DNA of 64,000 nt, taken from Octopus sinensis. Taxonomy: Eukaryota. The position numbers and the translations under genes are program-made. Of this stretch, positions 23,290 through 35,227 are shown piece by piece. The notes below the pieces were generated by a model. The model saw only the letters and a program-made list of their open reading frames with translations, searched no databases and was not told the origin of the DNA. Every line of letters starts with the position of its first letter. The first letter of the stretch is position 1. The DNA is taken from the NCBI RefSeq assembly GCF_006345805.1, contig NC_043001.1:17112001-17176000 (forward strand), read 5' to 3'.

Positions 23290-23457
23290 ACGATTTTATC
23301 AAGTGGTCAGCATGGAAAAAATAGCCTTCAAAGGTAATAATTATTAAAATTATAAATTAGGGTATCTACGAGATATCACCATTCTGAAAATAGCAGCCAT
23401 GATCTGACTGCTATTTTCAGCATGTGGTATCTCGTAGATACCCTAATTTATAATTTT
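23290..23457. repeat. Fold-back repeat (hairpin 23346-23457); family shared with 38780-38974
   Basis: ~51-nt inverted arms AAAATTATAAATTAGGGTATCTACGAGATA...GAAAATAGCAG around an 11-nt loop. Confidence 0.9.
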
Positions 23458-23477
23458 AAAATATATACATATATATA

Positions 23478-23523
<46 letters not shown>

Positions 23524-23573
23524 ATATATATATATATATATAATATATATATATATAGAGAGAGAGAGAGAAG

Positions 23574-23660
<87 letters not shown>
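23455..23660. repeat. (TA)n-(GA)n-(GATA)n microsatellite
   Basis: Direct reading. Confidence 0.95.
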
Positions 23661-24394
23661 GCCACTTTACTCTGGTGTAAGTCACATATTTTGTACCCAA
23701 TAATCAAAATCAGATGAGGTGGGCGATTTAGACTGAGACATTTTGTTCCAGAAAATTTGATCTTTATCTCAACCCGCCGCTGTTATAAATGCCGTGTCAT
23801 AATAGTGTACTTTTTGTATGGATGCAGACATCTTGAATAAATTACCATACTTTTCAATGAGGAAAAAAGTAAGGTATTATTCTACGTCTGATCTTTTGAG
23901 CTTGCCAACTGTAAACATGTTACTGAAGAGTTCAGAAGCTAGATTGATACAATGAATTGTAATTGTTGAATAAAACAAAGGATATTTGACAAAAGAAGAA
24001 AAAAAACGGTAGCGAGAGGAGCAGGATTTGAAAGAAACAGTTTGGATTTCATATATATTAAAGAACTTATATGGGTGCAGATTGTATGTTGGAGATAACT
24101 GATAATCACAATGGTAAGAAGGGCTACAGGCAACATTTTAACATACGTGAAGGAACGAAATTTGCTTATGGGGGGGGGTGCAAACCCAGGTTCCATCCTG
24201 GATGGTTAAAGTATTTTCATTGTATCAACACCGCCACGCCCCGCCAGAAAAAAAAGACAAAAATAGGAGTGTGATTGCACCCCTGCAGCCCCTCTTTTAA
24301 AGAAACAGGCGTTCAAAAATAAGGAAATAAAGAGAAAAGTAATCTCAACAGAGGAAAGAAAGGAAGGGGAGAAAAGGTTTTATTTTTTTTGCTT

Positions 24395-24845
24395 CTTTCT
24401 TTACTACCCACAAGGGGCTAAACATAGAGGGGACAAACTAGGACAGACAAAGGAATTAAGTCGATTACATCGACCCCAGTGCGTAACTGGTACTTAATTT
24501 ATCGACCCCGAAAGGATGAAAGGCAAAATCGACCTCGGCGGAATTTGAACTCAGAACGTAACGGCAGACGAAATACGGCTACGCATTTCACCCGGCGTGC
24601 TAACGGTTCTGCCAGCTCATCGCCTACATGTGTTTGGCCCCTTGTGGGTAGTAAAGAAATAGGTATTTCGTCTGCCGCTACGTTCTGAGTTCAAATTCCG
24701 CCGAGGTCGACTTTACCTTTCATCCTTTCGGGGTCGATAAATTAAGGACCAGTTACGTACTGGGGTCGATATAATCGACTCAATCCGTTTGTCTGTCCTT
24801 GTTTGTTCTCTCTGTGTTTAGCCCCTTGTGGATAGTAAAGAAATA
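24395..24845. mobile_element. Two SINE A copies in inverted orientation (24395-24625 minus; 24635-24845 plus)
   Basis: Consensus matches on opposite strands, nearly adjacent. Confidence 0.85.
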
Positions 24846-25104
24846 AATAGAAATCCAAAGTATCACGTTACTTAAAAAATAAAGCATATTCATATTCATA
24901 TTCGTTTCATACTTTTATTTAGAAGCACAGAAAACTACAAGATTTTCAATTTAGAGTGATTGGTAATATGGATGAAGCTCTTATGTTTTTGAAATCGTAG
25001 AGTTAGCATATAAAAACAGGGATTATACTGTGAGAGGATATATTTCGCTGTGGTACGTACTTGACAGCAAATGGGACTTAGGTAAGACCATCAAAAAAGA
25101 ATCA

Positions 25105-25300
25105 AAGGTCCTTCCCGAGCCATAGGCTCATAAGACAGGTTTACAAAACTCCGTGGTGTATATATTCCCTCCCAGGACAGGACGCCGGTCCGTCGCAGGT
25201 TTACTCATCTTTGCCAGCTGAGAGGATTGAAGCAACGTGAAATAAAGAGTTTTCTCACGAACACAATGTATCCAGGAATTAAAACCACAATCTTACATTT
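25105..25300 (-). mobile_element. Older SINE D copy
   Basis: Diverged reverse complement of 31210-31471. Confidence 0.7.
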
Positions 25301-25389
25301 AGTGGTTTCAGAGGCAGAACAACGGCCATGCTGGAGCGTGCAAAACTCTAACCATTAAGCTTCATGACTACTCAAGATTAAATCAATAC

Positions 25390-25610
25390 TTTTTTGCTTG
25401 TTTCAGTCATTCGACTGCGGTCATGCTGGAGCACCGCCTTGAGTCGAGCAAACCGACCCAGGACTTATATCACGGGTTTCTTTCAGTTTCCGTCTTCCAA
25501 ATCCACTCATAAGGCATTGGTTGGCCCGAGGCTATAGTAGAAGACACTTGCCCAAAGTGCCACGCAGTGGGATTGAACCCAGGACCATGTGGTTGGTAAG
25601 CAAACTACTG
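25390..25610 (-). mobile_element. Internally deleted SINE B
   Basis: Tail joined directly to the head block. Confidence 0.8.
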
Positions 25611-26574
25611 ATTATATTAAAGAGAAAAATATTTAAGCAAGCTAATAATATTTAAGAGGAAAATATTACTAAAAAAAGAGGAAATCCCTCCTGGATTTTT
25701 GATTCCCTGTCATTCCAAGAACTGAATTGGTGGATGAAGACTGCATCTTATTGGGGTTAAAGCAAATGTAGAAAAAATAACAGAACTCTTCTGAAAATGA
25801 AATTGCTTTTAGTATACGACGAATTCTATGTGCACAAACAGAAAAGGTGAAAGAGAAGGCCAAGTCGCTGAAAACAACTCAAGCTATGGTACCATGTGGT
25901 CTTATATTTATTTTTGCTTTTTTTTATTGCAGCCCACAGCAAGAACCACATTTTGCATTACGACCTATGCCTTGGATATGTATAATAAATTCATAATAAT
26001 ATTTATTATTATGTTTCGATTGGTAAAGCCTGCCTCGTCATGGGAGAAATCGGTAAAACTAGCAATAATTCATGAGTGCTGTGCAACATTTAGAGTTATT
26101 TATATGCGACGGACCGGTGTACCGTCCAGGTGGGGAACTTATACGCCAAAGAATCCGAGAAACCGGCTCTTATGAGCCAGGCATGGCTCGAGAAGGAACA
26201 AACAATATGTATGTCTCGCCTTTATATGTCTATATATGTATATAGCTATGTACATACGTCTGTATATTTTAGTGTATATATGTATATTATAGATGGTTTA
26301 GTATGTGAATATGCTGCTAAATGTATATGTAATCCTACGTGAAAACTTTAGATTTTTTAAACGTATATAACTTTTATTGTACTAATTGATTTATACTTTA
26401 TATTTTATATTTTATAAATAATTGTTTACCCTATGTATTTATAAACTCTTTCATTTAAGGTTTTCTTCGATTTTATAATACGATGATTTTATACCGATAT
26501 TTGTTCACTGCAGGCTACCGGTCATTGTAAAGACCGTTAGTTGAAATGACCAATGAAACAAAGCCATTTTCAAA

Positions 26575-26737
26575 TGTGTTGGGAGTGGCTGTGTAGTAGG
26601 TAGCTTGCTTACGAACGACATGGTTCCTGGTTCAGTCCCACTGCGTAGCACCTTGGGCAAGTGTCTTCTACTATAGCCTCGGGCCGACCAAAGCCTTGTG
26701 AGTGGATTTGGGAAACAGAAACTGAAAGAAGCCCGTC

Positions 26738-26782
<45 letters not shown>

Positions 26783-27015
26783 CGTGTGTGTGTGTGTATA
26801 TGTATATGTGTGTGTGTGTGTGTGTTTTTTGTCCCCCCGACATCGCTTGACAACCGATGGTGGTGTGTTTACGTCCCAGTAACTTAGCGGTTCGGCAAAA
26901 GAGACCGATAGAATAAGTACTAGGCTTAGAAAGAATAAGTCCTGGAATCGATTTGCTTGACTAAAGGCGGTGCTCCAGCATGGCCGAAGTCAAATGACTG
27001 AAACAGGTAAAAGAG
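26575..27015 (+). mobile_element. SINE B full length
   Basis: Consensus match. Confidence 0.9.
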
Positions 27016-27055
27016 TATATGCTAATAACCTTGTTTCTGTTCCATTCTAAACAAA

Positions 27056-27095
27056 ACTGTACGACGAACGGGAACGCGAAACTCTGAGTAGCAGT
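27056..27095 (+). ncRNA. Degenerate type I hammerhead motif
   Basis: ACTGT-ACGACGA-ACGGGAACGC-GAAA-CTCTGAG-TA-GCAGT: 5-bp stem I and 3-bp stem III intact; core positions 3/4 and pair 10.1 mutated. Confidence 0.45.
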
Positions 27096-27196
27096 TTTTG
27101 TGATATTTTTGCTGCTCTTCAATAAGGCATATTACTCTGCCTCTGGTATTCGAGTACTATTTTTTCCACCTTGTTTTGTATTTATGTGCTCACTCC

Positions 27197-27234
<38 letters not shown>

Positions 27235-27443
27235 CAATAGAAATTTGTTACAAAAAGAAAGTAGAAACTACACGTGGAAATGTAAGGGGTAAGTAAGAAA
27301 AATCAACGAAAATGCACATCGTAAATAAAAAAAGAAAAGGCTTTTTATGAAAAGTAACGACAGATATATACAATTAGATGAATTGAGGTAGTAATAAAAG
27401 TAATAAAAGTCATAAAAGTCATTATTATGAGATTATTGAAGAG

Positions 27444-27490
27444 ATTCAAGCATACCACGGTTTCGTCAGATACTATTCATCGCTTTGAAT
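27444..27490 (-). ncRNA. Type I hammerhead, A3-U8 core variant
   Basis: ATTCAAAGCG-ATGAATA-GT(ATCTG)AC-GAAA-CCGTGG-TA-TGCTTGAAT: 9-bp stem I with one bulge, stem III self-complementary with G.U pairs, GUA site. Confidence 0.7.
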
Positions 27491-27875
27491 ATACATATAT
27501 ATATATATATACTTGCATGTATGTATGTGTGTGTGTGTATGCATGTGCTTGTGAGAGCTTTTTATGATATGTATGAAGTAACGAAGAATATGGATTCCTG
27601 TTACTTATTGTTCAAGTCGTCTTTCAATTGGCTGTGCTTATACGCAAATTTGATGAGACGAGATAAATAATGGATAATCGTTTGAACCTGATGGCAAGCC
27701 CTTCAAAGTTTTAAAGTTTTCTGCTGTTAAGGAGTGACGTGTATGACATGAATTTCAGTTTTCAAGCAATCATATTAGTTCTGTTACCAATGTCTTCACG
27801 CATATGCTTTATCAAGGAATGTCCGCTCGTACCTTTATCTCCTCCACATTTATTTAGACTGCACTATAGTGTCAA

Positions 27876-28260
27876 GTGGAGGCGCAATGGCCCAGTGGTT
27901 AGAGCAGCGGACTCGCGGTCGGAGGATCGCGGTTTCGATTCCCAGACCGGGCATTGTGAGTGTTTCTTGAGCGAAAACACCTAAAGCTCCACGAGGCTCC
28001 GGCAGGGGGTGGTGGTGAACCCTGCTGTACTCTTTCACCACAACTTTCTCCCGCTCTTTCTTCCTGTTTCTCTTGTACCTGTATTTCAAAGGGCCAGCCT
28101 TGTCACATTCTGTGTGTCACGCTGAATCTCCTCGAGAACTACGTTAAGGGTACACGTGTCTGTGGAGCGCTCAGCCACTTGCACGTTAATATCACGAGCA
28201 AGCTGTTCCGTTGATCGTATCAGCTGGGACCCTCATCGTCGCAACCGACGGAGTGCTCCC
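27876..28260 (+). mobile_element. SINE C full length
   Basis: Consensus match; near-TSD TATAGTGTCAA / TATAGTGTTGTCAA. Confidence 0.9.
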
Positions 28261-28605
28261 TTTATAGTGTTGTCAATACATTATCGGCAGAATGAACTGC
28301 TTTGCAAGTGTAGACGACAACCAATGAATGAGTGCACCAAGTGGCTTGTTTTATTAATACAAGGTACTTATTTTTAGTTGTACTTAGTGTATAACGCATT
28401 TTCTAAGAATTTATGTTTTATAAGTTAATCCCGGTAATTCGGGAATTCTACGTTAGCTTCTTTTGTTCTTGATTTGTGCTCAATATTTACCATTGTGCTT
28501 CGTAATGACAATACAAAAGCTACATGCAACTGAAGATAAACTTTAAGTTGTTCTAGTTAAATAACTATTGGAATTTGTGATTGTTCAAGAAATATTAAAA
28601 AGATG

Positions 28606-29017
28606 GGATCTTTTCGGTTTGAACGGCAGTTTTTTTCTAGCGGTGTCATATGAAATTGTCACCCATTATTATGACCCTAGTATCGATCTATTGCATTTCA
28701 ATCTCTTTTAGGGTTAGGGGTGGGGGGAAGGGTATGTTTTTTCTTCATAAATGTAAATAAACCCAATCTGTTTCTTAAACGAGAGACATATTCATACGGC
28801 ACAAAATGTTTTTTTACCTCAATGGACGTCATTGATTGGTTGAAATTGCAGAAATTGAAGAGAAAAGCAACAAATATCTTACAAACTATAGAATTTTCTC
28901 AATAAAGCCAAGAGAAAAAGATGTTTTATCAACACATTCTACCAGTATACGAAGTTTAAAAGTGTTTAGTTACGTGGAAATTATTTTTAAAAACTGCCGG
29001 TCAAACCGAAAAGATCC
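28606..29017 (+). mobile_element. TTAGGG MITE, full length
   Basis: 29-bp TIRs with 1 mismatch. TSD AAAAGATG at 28598-28605 and 29018-29025. Confidence 0.92.
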
Positions 29018-29699
29018 AAAAGATGAGAAATAATAATGTTTTGCAACACTGGTAATTTACATGACTCATATATGAGAGGATTAAACTATTAAAACAAAAT
29101 ATGTCAAGTATACTATAATTAACAAAGTCTCGTTGGCGTGTATTTAATGTTTTCATGGCGTTGATTGCATTTTTTTAGTACTTCGTGACGCAGCTCTGCG
29201 ATGCTTTCAACAAAGCACTTACTAGTTGGTTGGTAATTTTGCAAATATGCTTCATGATGCTGATCTGACAGAAAAGAAGAGAACATAAAATTGTGCAGTA
29301 CAAGATTAGGAACAACTTCATGAAATTAAAGAGTCTGCAATTACAATCGGAATGTATGTAAGAATTCGGGAAACATTTTTTCAACCTGAACACTGAACAT
29401 TCAACATTTCAAATGGTACTCGTATTAGACAAAATAGACCCTCTTCACAGCGCTGACAGTCTTATCAAATATATAAGTGTGTACGTTTTATGTGTTGTTA
29501 TCGCAAATGATATTCGTAAACAACACGAAAGAACATAACAGAACAAAAAAAAAACTTAAAAACATACCCAAAAAGAAACATTTAGTGATCTGAAGAACAT
29601 TAACAGAATAATTACATATGTTGAAACATACAGTGAGGTGTTGGGTGCATGAAACCCTCTTGTAACAATGAAGGCGGCGAGCTGGCAGAAACGTTAGCT

Positions 29700-30170
29700 C
29701 GTTTTGGGTGATTGGGTGATACATTAATATATGATATGGATTTATTAGGCTTACAAAAGGGATAATAGAGACCGGTATTTAAACACAAGGCAACATCCAA
29801 AAAATTCACCACCCTAGAATTAATGTCGAAGATGATGTCAAGATTAAAAAATCCCTCATGAAGCTTCTCAGCGATTTCTTTAATCTATTCAATGCCGTCT
29901 TAGAGAGGCCCGGCACGGCAAAAAGGGCATCATCCCTATACAATCCACCAGTGAGAGGAGGGAAGCTTTTCTTAATCTCTGAGAGTAGATACAGGCCAAC
30001 TAAGTCAGTCACCTGTGCAGAATCTGATGACCCCATGGTTATATAAAAAAAGTTGAGTCGGCTCTCTGCCAATCACTCTCGTTATAGGAGATAAGTGTTT
30101 CCCTTGCCGCCAAAATTACCCCTATATCCGACTTTGGTATCTCTACAAACCTTCTTGCAAAAATTAAGGC
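29700..30170 (-). pseudogene. Penelope-like RT fragment (YRDD type)
   Basis: ITMGSSDSAQVTDLVGLYLL...GGLYRDDALF, VNFLDVALCLNTGLYYPFCKPN...SPNHPK. Confidence 0.9.
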
Positions 30171-30174
30171 TTTC

Positions 30175-30316
30175 TGGGTTAATAAATTAAGTACCAGTTA
30201 TGCACTGGGGTCGATCTGGTTGACTGGCCCCGTTACCCCAAAATTTCGGGCCTTGTGCCTAGAATAGAAAAGAATATTTTAAGGCGGCGAGCTGGTAGGA
30301 CAAATACAGACACAAA

Positions 30317-30347
<31 letters not shown>

Positions 30348-30990
30348 GCACGCGCACACACACACACACACATATACACACACATATATATACATATATA
30401 CGACAGGCTTCTTTCAGTTTCCGTCTACCAAATCGACTCACAAGGCTTTGGTCGGCTCGAGGCTATAGTAGAAGACACTAGCCCAAGGTGACACGCAGCA
30501 GGACTGAAAACGGAACCATGTGGTTGGTAAGCAAGCTACTTACCACACAGCCACTCCTGTGGATGTAATCGACTTAATCCGTTTGCCTTTCCTTGTTTGT
30601 CCAATCTGTGTTTAGCTCCTTCTGGGTAGTAAAGAAATAGGTATTTCGTTTGTCTTTACGTTCTGAGTTCAAATTCCGCCGAGGCCGACTTTGCCTTTCA
30701 TCCTTTCGGGGTCGATAAATTAAGTACCAGTTGCGTACTGGGGTCGTTCTAATCGACTGGCCCCTTCCCCCAAAATGTCGGGCCTTGTACCTAGAGTAGA
30801 AAAGAATGGTGCCAAGATGTAACGGCCTTTGTTTTTCCCTTGGATGACATCAGTGATGTGGAGAGGTGATGCAGGTATGTATGGGCGACTGCTGCTTTCC
30901 ATAAACAACCTTGCTCGAACTTGTACATCAGAGGGGAACTTTCTAAGTGCAATTTCATGGTAATTCATGATAGAAGGGGGTCTTTACTTA
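30175..30990. mobile_element. Cluster of SINE A-type pieces (plus), one with an alternative long tail, around a SINE B (30290-30560, minus)
   Basis: Central domain followed by TGGCCCCTTCCCCCAAAA...AGAAAAGAAT and ...GAAGGGGGTCTTTAC tails. Confidence 0.75.
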
Positions 30991-31209
30991 CTAAAGTACC
31001 ATTTTATACGTGAAATTTTAACCACACTGCGAAAAACAGACGAATTACAGTGAACGAATGAATGAGATCAACTTGACTAGTTTCTGCTTCTCTTATATCC
31101 TCATTAGAGAATTTAGTCTGCCAAGTTTAACTGAGATCAAGTACGTATACACAACAATTAACAATAAACAAGTAATGTTTCTGATTGTGATCTGATAACG
31201 TTTCTGTAT

Positions 31210-31471
31210 GTGGAGGCGCTTGGTTTAGTGGTTAGAGTGTCAGCATCATGATCGTAAGATTGTGGTTTCGATTCCTGGACCGGGCGACGTGTTGTGTTCT
31301 TGAGCAAAACACTTCATTTCACGTTTGCTCCAGTCCACTCAGCTGGCAAAAATGAGTAACGCTGCGATGGACTGGCGTCCCGTCCAGCTGGGGAACACAT
31401 ACGCCATTGAAACCGGGCCCATGGGCCTGGCTAGGCTTTAAAAGGGCGCGTTTATTTTTTTATTTTTTAAT
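31210..31471 (+). mobile_element. SINE D full length
   Basis: tRNA-like head and ...GGCTAGGCTTTAAAAGGGCGC tail; TSD GTTTCTGTA at 31200-31208 and 31472-31480. Confidence 0.88.
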
Positions 31472-32157
31472 GTTTCTGTAAGCAGAAGATAGATTTTCTC
31501 TCACTGATGAGGTCAGAGAAGATTAGAAGCTGCTCGGTTTCATTTAACTTTATTGCTCTCGGAATGATAAAATCTATGGTAAATACAGGCTATCAACTTT
31601 ACACAGAGGTTCAAAATTGTATCATTTTATTCTTTTATACGTTGCGTTTAAGCCATGCTGCTACGGTCATACTGGATCTTCTCACATTTCAATGAGGCTT
31701 TGAAATTTTATTTGTTTTTTTTAATGCATATTTGTATGTGAATGTGAGCATACGGGTGTGGATACACGTATGTGTGCGTACATGCGTGTGCTTACATATG
31801 TGTTTGTGTGTTTGTGGGTGTGTTTGCGAGTGCTTGTGGCTGTGTGTGTGTTTGTATGTATGAGAAGGGCTGGTATAAGCACAACCTTTCTCTTCTCGCT
31901 TGAAATCTTTTAATATACTTCACTAGTCACATCAGTAGCACGCTTGTTGACAGCTTATTAAAAACGGGAGAACGGAAATATAAAAATGGAGGCATCTTTT
32001 CTTTTGTAACCTTTTGTCGTTCTATGCACAACCGTGTTAAGGCGGTCTTTTCTCTTTATCATAGGCACAAGGCCTGAATGTAGAGCGGACATACAACTGA
32101 CATACGGGGATATAAAGACGAATGAAAAGTGATAAATGAAATTAACATAATTGGGAA

Positions 32158-32516
32158 GCACTCCGTCGGTTACGACGATGAGGGTTCCGGTTGATCCGAA
32201 TCAACGGAACAGCCTGCTCGTGAAATTAACATGTAAGTGGCTGAGCACTCCACAGACACGTCTACCCTTAACGTAGTTCTCAGGGATATTCAGCGTGACA
32301 CAGAGAGTGACAAGGTACAACAGAAACAGGAAGTAAGAGTGAGAGAAAGTTGTGGTGAAAGAGTACATCAGGGATCACCACCATCCCCTGCCGGAGCCTC
32401 GTGGAGCTTTAGGTGTTTTCGCTCAATAAACACTCACAACGCCCGGTCTGGGAATCGAAACCGCGATCTTATGACCGCGAGTCCGCTGCCCTAACCACTG
32501 GGCCATTGCGCCTCCG
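32158..32516 (-). mobile_element. SINE C (small internal deletion)
   Basis: Consensus match; AACATAATT on both flanks. Confidence 0.88.
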
Positions 32517-32968
32517 AACATAATTATGATGCAAATGAGACGGCCATCTCGCCCCTGCTGCGAGACGAACTGTGAATACCTTTACAATTAAACTTTACAA
32601 TTAACTTTAAGTGTCAAGACTATTGAAAAGGTTGTAAGACGCAACGAATATTTTAGGAAAATAAAAATAAGAAATAAGGGGAAATTTTACCGGTGAGTGT
32701 GTTACATTATAAGGCACAAATAGAAAATGACTCTCCCCAGACACAACAGAATTTACAATTAAACTTTACAATTAACTTTACAAAGGCATTTTTCAATTAA
32801 ACTTAAAACCACATCTAGTTTCGCTACAATGCGAAACCGTGACCTTTCCTTTCGTTTCCCGCCTTTAAAATGAACGTTCATAAGTGTCCTTTTTTTTTAC
32901 AACAGAAAAGTAACCTTTTTTGTAAAAAAAGAAAAAATACCTCTCTCTTTATATTTCTGTTCTCCCGT

Positions 32969-33001
<33 letters not shown>

Positions 33002-33009
33002 GTGTGTGT

Positions 33010-33252
33010 GGTTGTATGCCAGAATCTTCTTGAACAAGACATCAATATCTAAGCGTTATGTAAGCTCAATAAGATTATGTGTAAAGACAAACAACCACAG
33101 TAGCTTGCTTACCGACCACATGGTTCCGAGTTCAGTCCCACTGCGTGGCACCTTGGACAAGTGTCTTCTACTATAGCCTCGCGCCGACCAAAGCCTTGTG
33201 AGTGGATTTGGTAGACGGAAACTGAAAGAAGCCCGTCGTATATATGTATATG

Positions 33253-33312
<60 letters not shown>

Positions 33313-33554
33313 GTTGTATGCCAGAATCTTCTTGAACAAGACATCAATATCTAAGCGTTATGTAAGCTCAATAAGATTATGTGTAAAGACAAACAACCAC
33401 AGTAGCTTGCTTACCGACCACATGGTTCCGAGTTCAGTCCCACTGCGTGGCACCTTGGACAAGTGTCTTCTACTATAGCCTCGCGCCGACCAAAGCCTTG
33501 TGAGTGGATTTGGTAGACGGAAACTGAAAGAAGCCCGTCGTATATATGTATATG

Positions 33555-33617
<63 letters not shown>

Positions 33618-33815
33618 CTGTATCTGTTCCCCCCACCAACATCGCTTGACAACCGATGCTGGTGTGTTTAGGTCCCCGTAACGAAGCGGTTCGGCAAAAG
33701 TGACCGATAGAATAAGAACTAGGCTTACAAAGAATAAGTCCTGGAGTCGATTTGCTCGACTAAGAGCGGTGCTCCAGCATGGCCGCAGTCACTTGACTGA
33801 AGCAAGTAAAAGAGT
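33010..33815 (+). repeat. 302-bp tandem duplication containing a SINE B head, followed by the SINE B 3' half
   Basis: GGTTGTATGCCAGAATC... at 33010 and 33312, essentially identical. Confidence 0.92.
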
Positions 33816-34732
33816 AACCAATATTTAATGTAAGTAATCTCCACAAACACATACGCCACAGAAACCGGGAAACCGGGCCCACGAGCCTGGCTAGGCTTGA
33901 AAAGGGCGCATAAATAAATAAATAAACAAATAAATAAATAAATAAGTAAATAAATTGCTTCAACACATTTTTATTACAAGTAACAACAACAAAGTACACA
34001 CTCTTAACTTATAGGTACAAAACAATATTTATGCAACAGAGAACTTACTCTGAAAAAGACGTTGTGATTATAAAAATTGTAGCACAAAGGAATAACTGAA
34101 AAAAATCTATTCAATCTCTGATACTCGACCAAGATAACACAAAACCATGGAACAGCTAACCAAATATTTAACACATATTGACCCTACAACGAACATACGC
34201 TACTAGATACATTGTTTATCAATCTATATCACATCACAAACATGATACTACGCCTAATATAAACTGGTTCAACAGTTTATCTTTTAATCAATGGCCTCGA
34301 ACAATGTATATTGAAAAAAAGACAAGCTTAGATCAATATCCATAAGAAATGCTCAATATATCAAAATAAAATAAGCGAATAAATTGCTACTAAAAGTAAA
34401 ATAAAATAACAAAAATAAGTAAAAAAAAAAGTAAAAGAGAATATAATAAATATATAAACAAAAATGTAATTAGAATAAATTAAATTAAAAATTATACATA
34501 AATTAACATAAGAAAAATAATAAAGCAGGGCGAAAACTATTTGAGACAAAAAAAAAACTAGTAACATATCCTATATACAAGGAGACTAAATAATTTATTA
34601 TTTATTAAACAGCCAATGCTAAAACCTACATTTCGTATAACGTCACTTGAAATTTTGCATCTATCGCCAGGTAAATTATTTTGTCTGAAAACCCTAGAGG
34701 TGAAACTTTTACTTGGAAAACGTAAAATGTTT

Positions 34733-35169
34733 GAGCAGTTGTATACTGTCGACTTAACGTGAGAGTCCCATAAAGGGAATTACACCACCGCTATTTAGCC
34801 CTAGGAAGCATCAACGCTTCCTGTCGGCTTTGAGACATTTCCTGTGTCCTTATGTTTACAAAGGGGAGACAAGCAATCCCATCCAGCTAAGCCTGCATTC
34901 AGAGACATGTTTCTGGGTCCTTGCTCGTCATCAGCCTGGAGTAGCATGGCCTGCTAGCTGAAGATACCTGTCTAGACTTTGTAAACATATATAATTTCAG
35001 TGAAGTAAATTCACTGATCGCCCAAAAATAGAGATATTAAATTTCTAACTATCCCAGAAAGATATAAGCAGTGGTGGAACGATAGAGCAGTTTTATACTG
35101 TCAACTTGGGACTGTCACGTTAAGTTGACAGTATACAACTGCTCTATCGTTCCACCACTGCTTATATCT
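34733..35169 (-). mobile_element. Retrozyme-like 352-bp circularly permuted unit with hammerhead and terminal fold-back
   Basis: Direct repeat GAGCAGTT(G/T)TATACTGTC(G/A)ACTT at 34733 and 35085; hammerhead 34900-34938; 48-bp-arm hairpin 35060-35169. Confidence 0.65.
34900..34938 (-). ncRNA. Type I hammerhead, canonical core, degenerate stem II
   Basis: CAGG-CTGATGA-CGAGCAAGGACCCA-GAAA-CATG-TC-TCTG: stem I CAGG/UCUG, palindromic ACAUGU, GUC site. Confidence 0.65.
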
Positions 35170-35227
35170 CTCTGAGATATTTTGAAATTTAATATTTCTA
35201 GTTTTGTAAAATGTTTGTTTTAGTAAA

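Noticed and set aside
23290-23320. Hammerhead-like TTGATAA / CTGATAA on the minus strand here and near 38790
   Set aside because: No stem II and no properly placed GAAA.
25660-25900. Non-repeat, coding-looking stretch as a host exon
   Set aside because: All frames examined have stops within short distances, with no recognisable motif or convincing splice pair.
29585-29660. CTGAAGA...GAAAC hammerhead candidate on the plus strand
   Set aside because: Stem II needs A9 to pair and there is no valid stem III/NUH or stem I.
32575-32850. Repeated TTTACAATTAAACTTTACAATTAACTTTA blocks and a small GTTTCG/CGAAAC hairpin
   Set aside because: Probably part of an unrecognised repeat; there are no termini, TSD or second copy in the window to support a call.
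33960-34330. A-rich strand with PNINWFN, resembling the PLE linker motif
   Set aside because: A single short motif among many stops.
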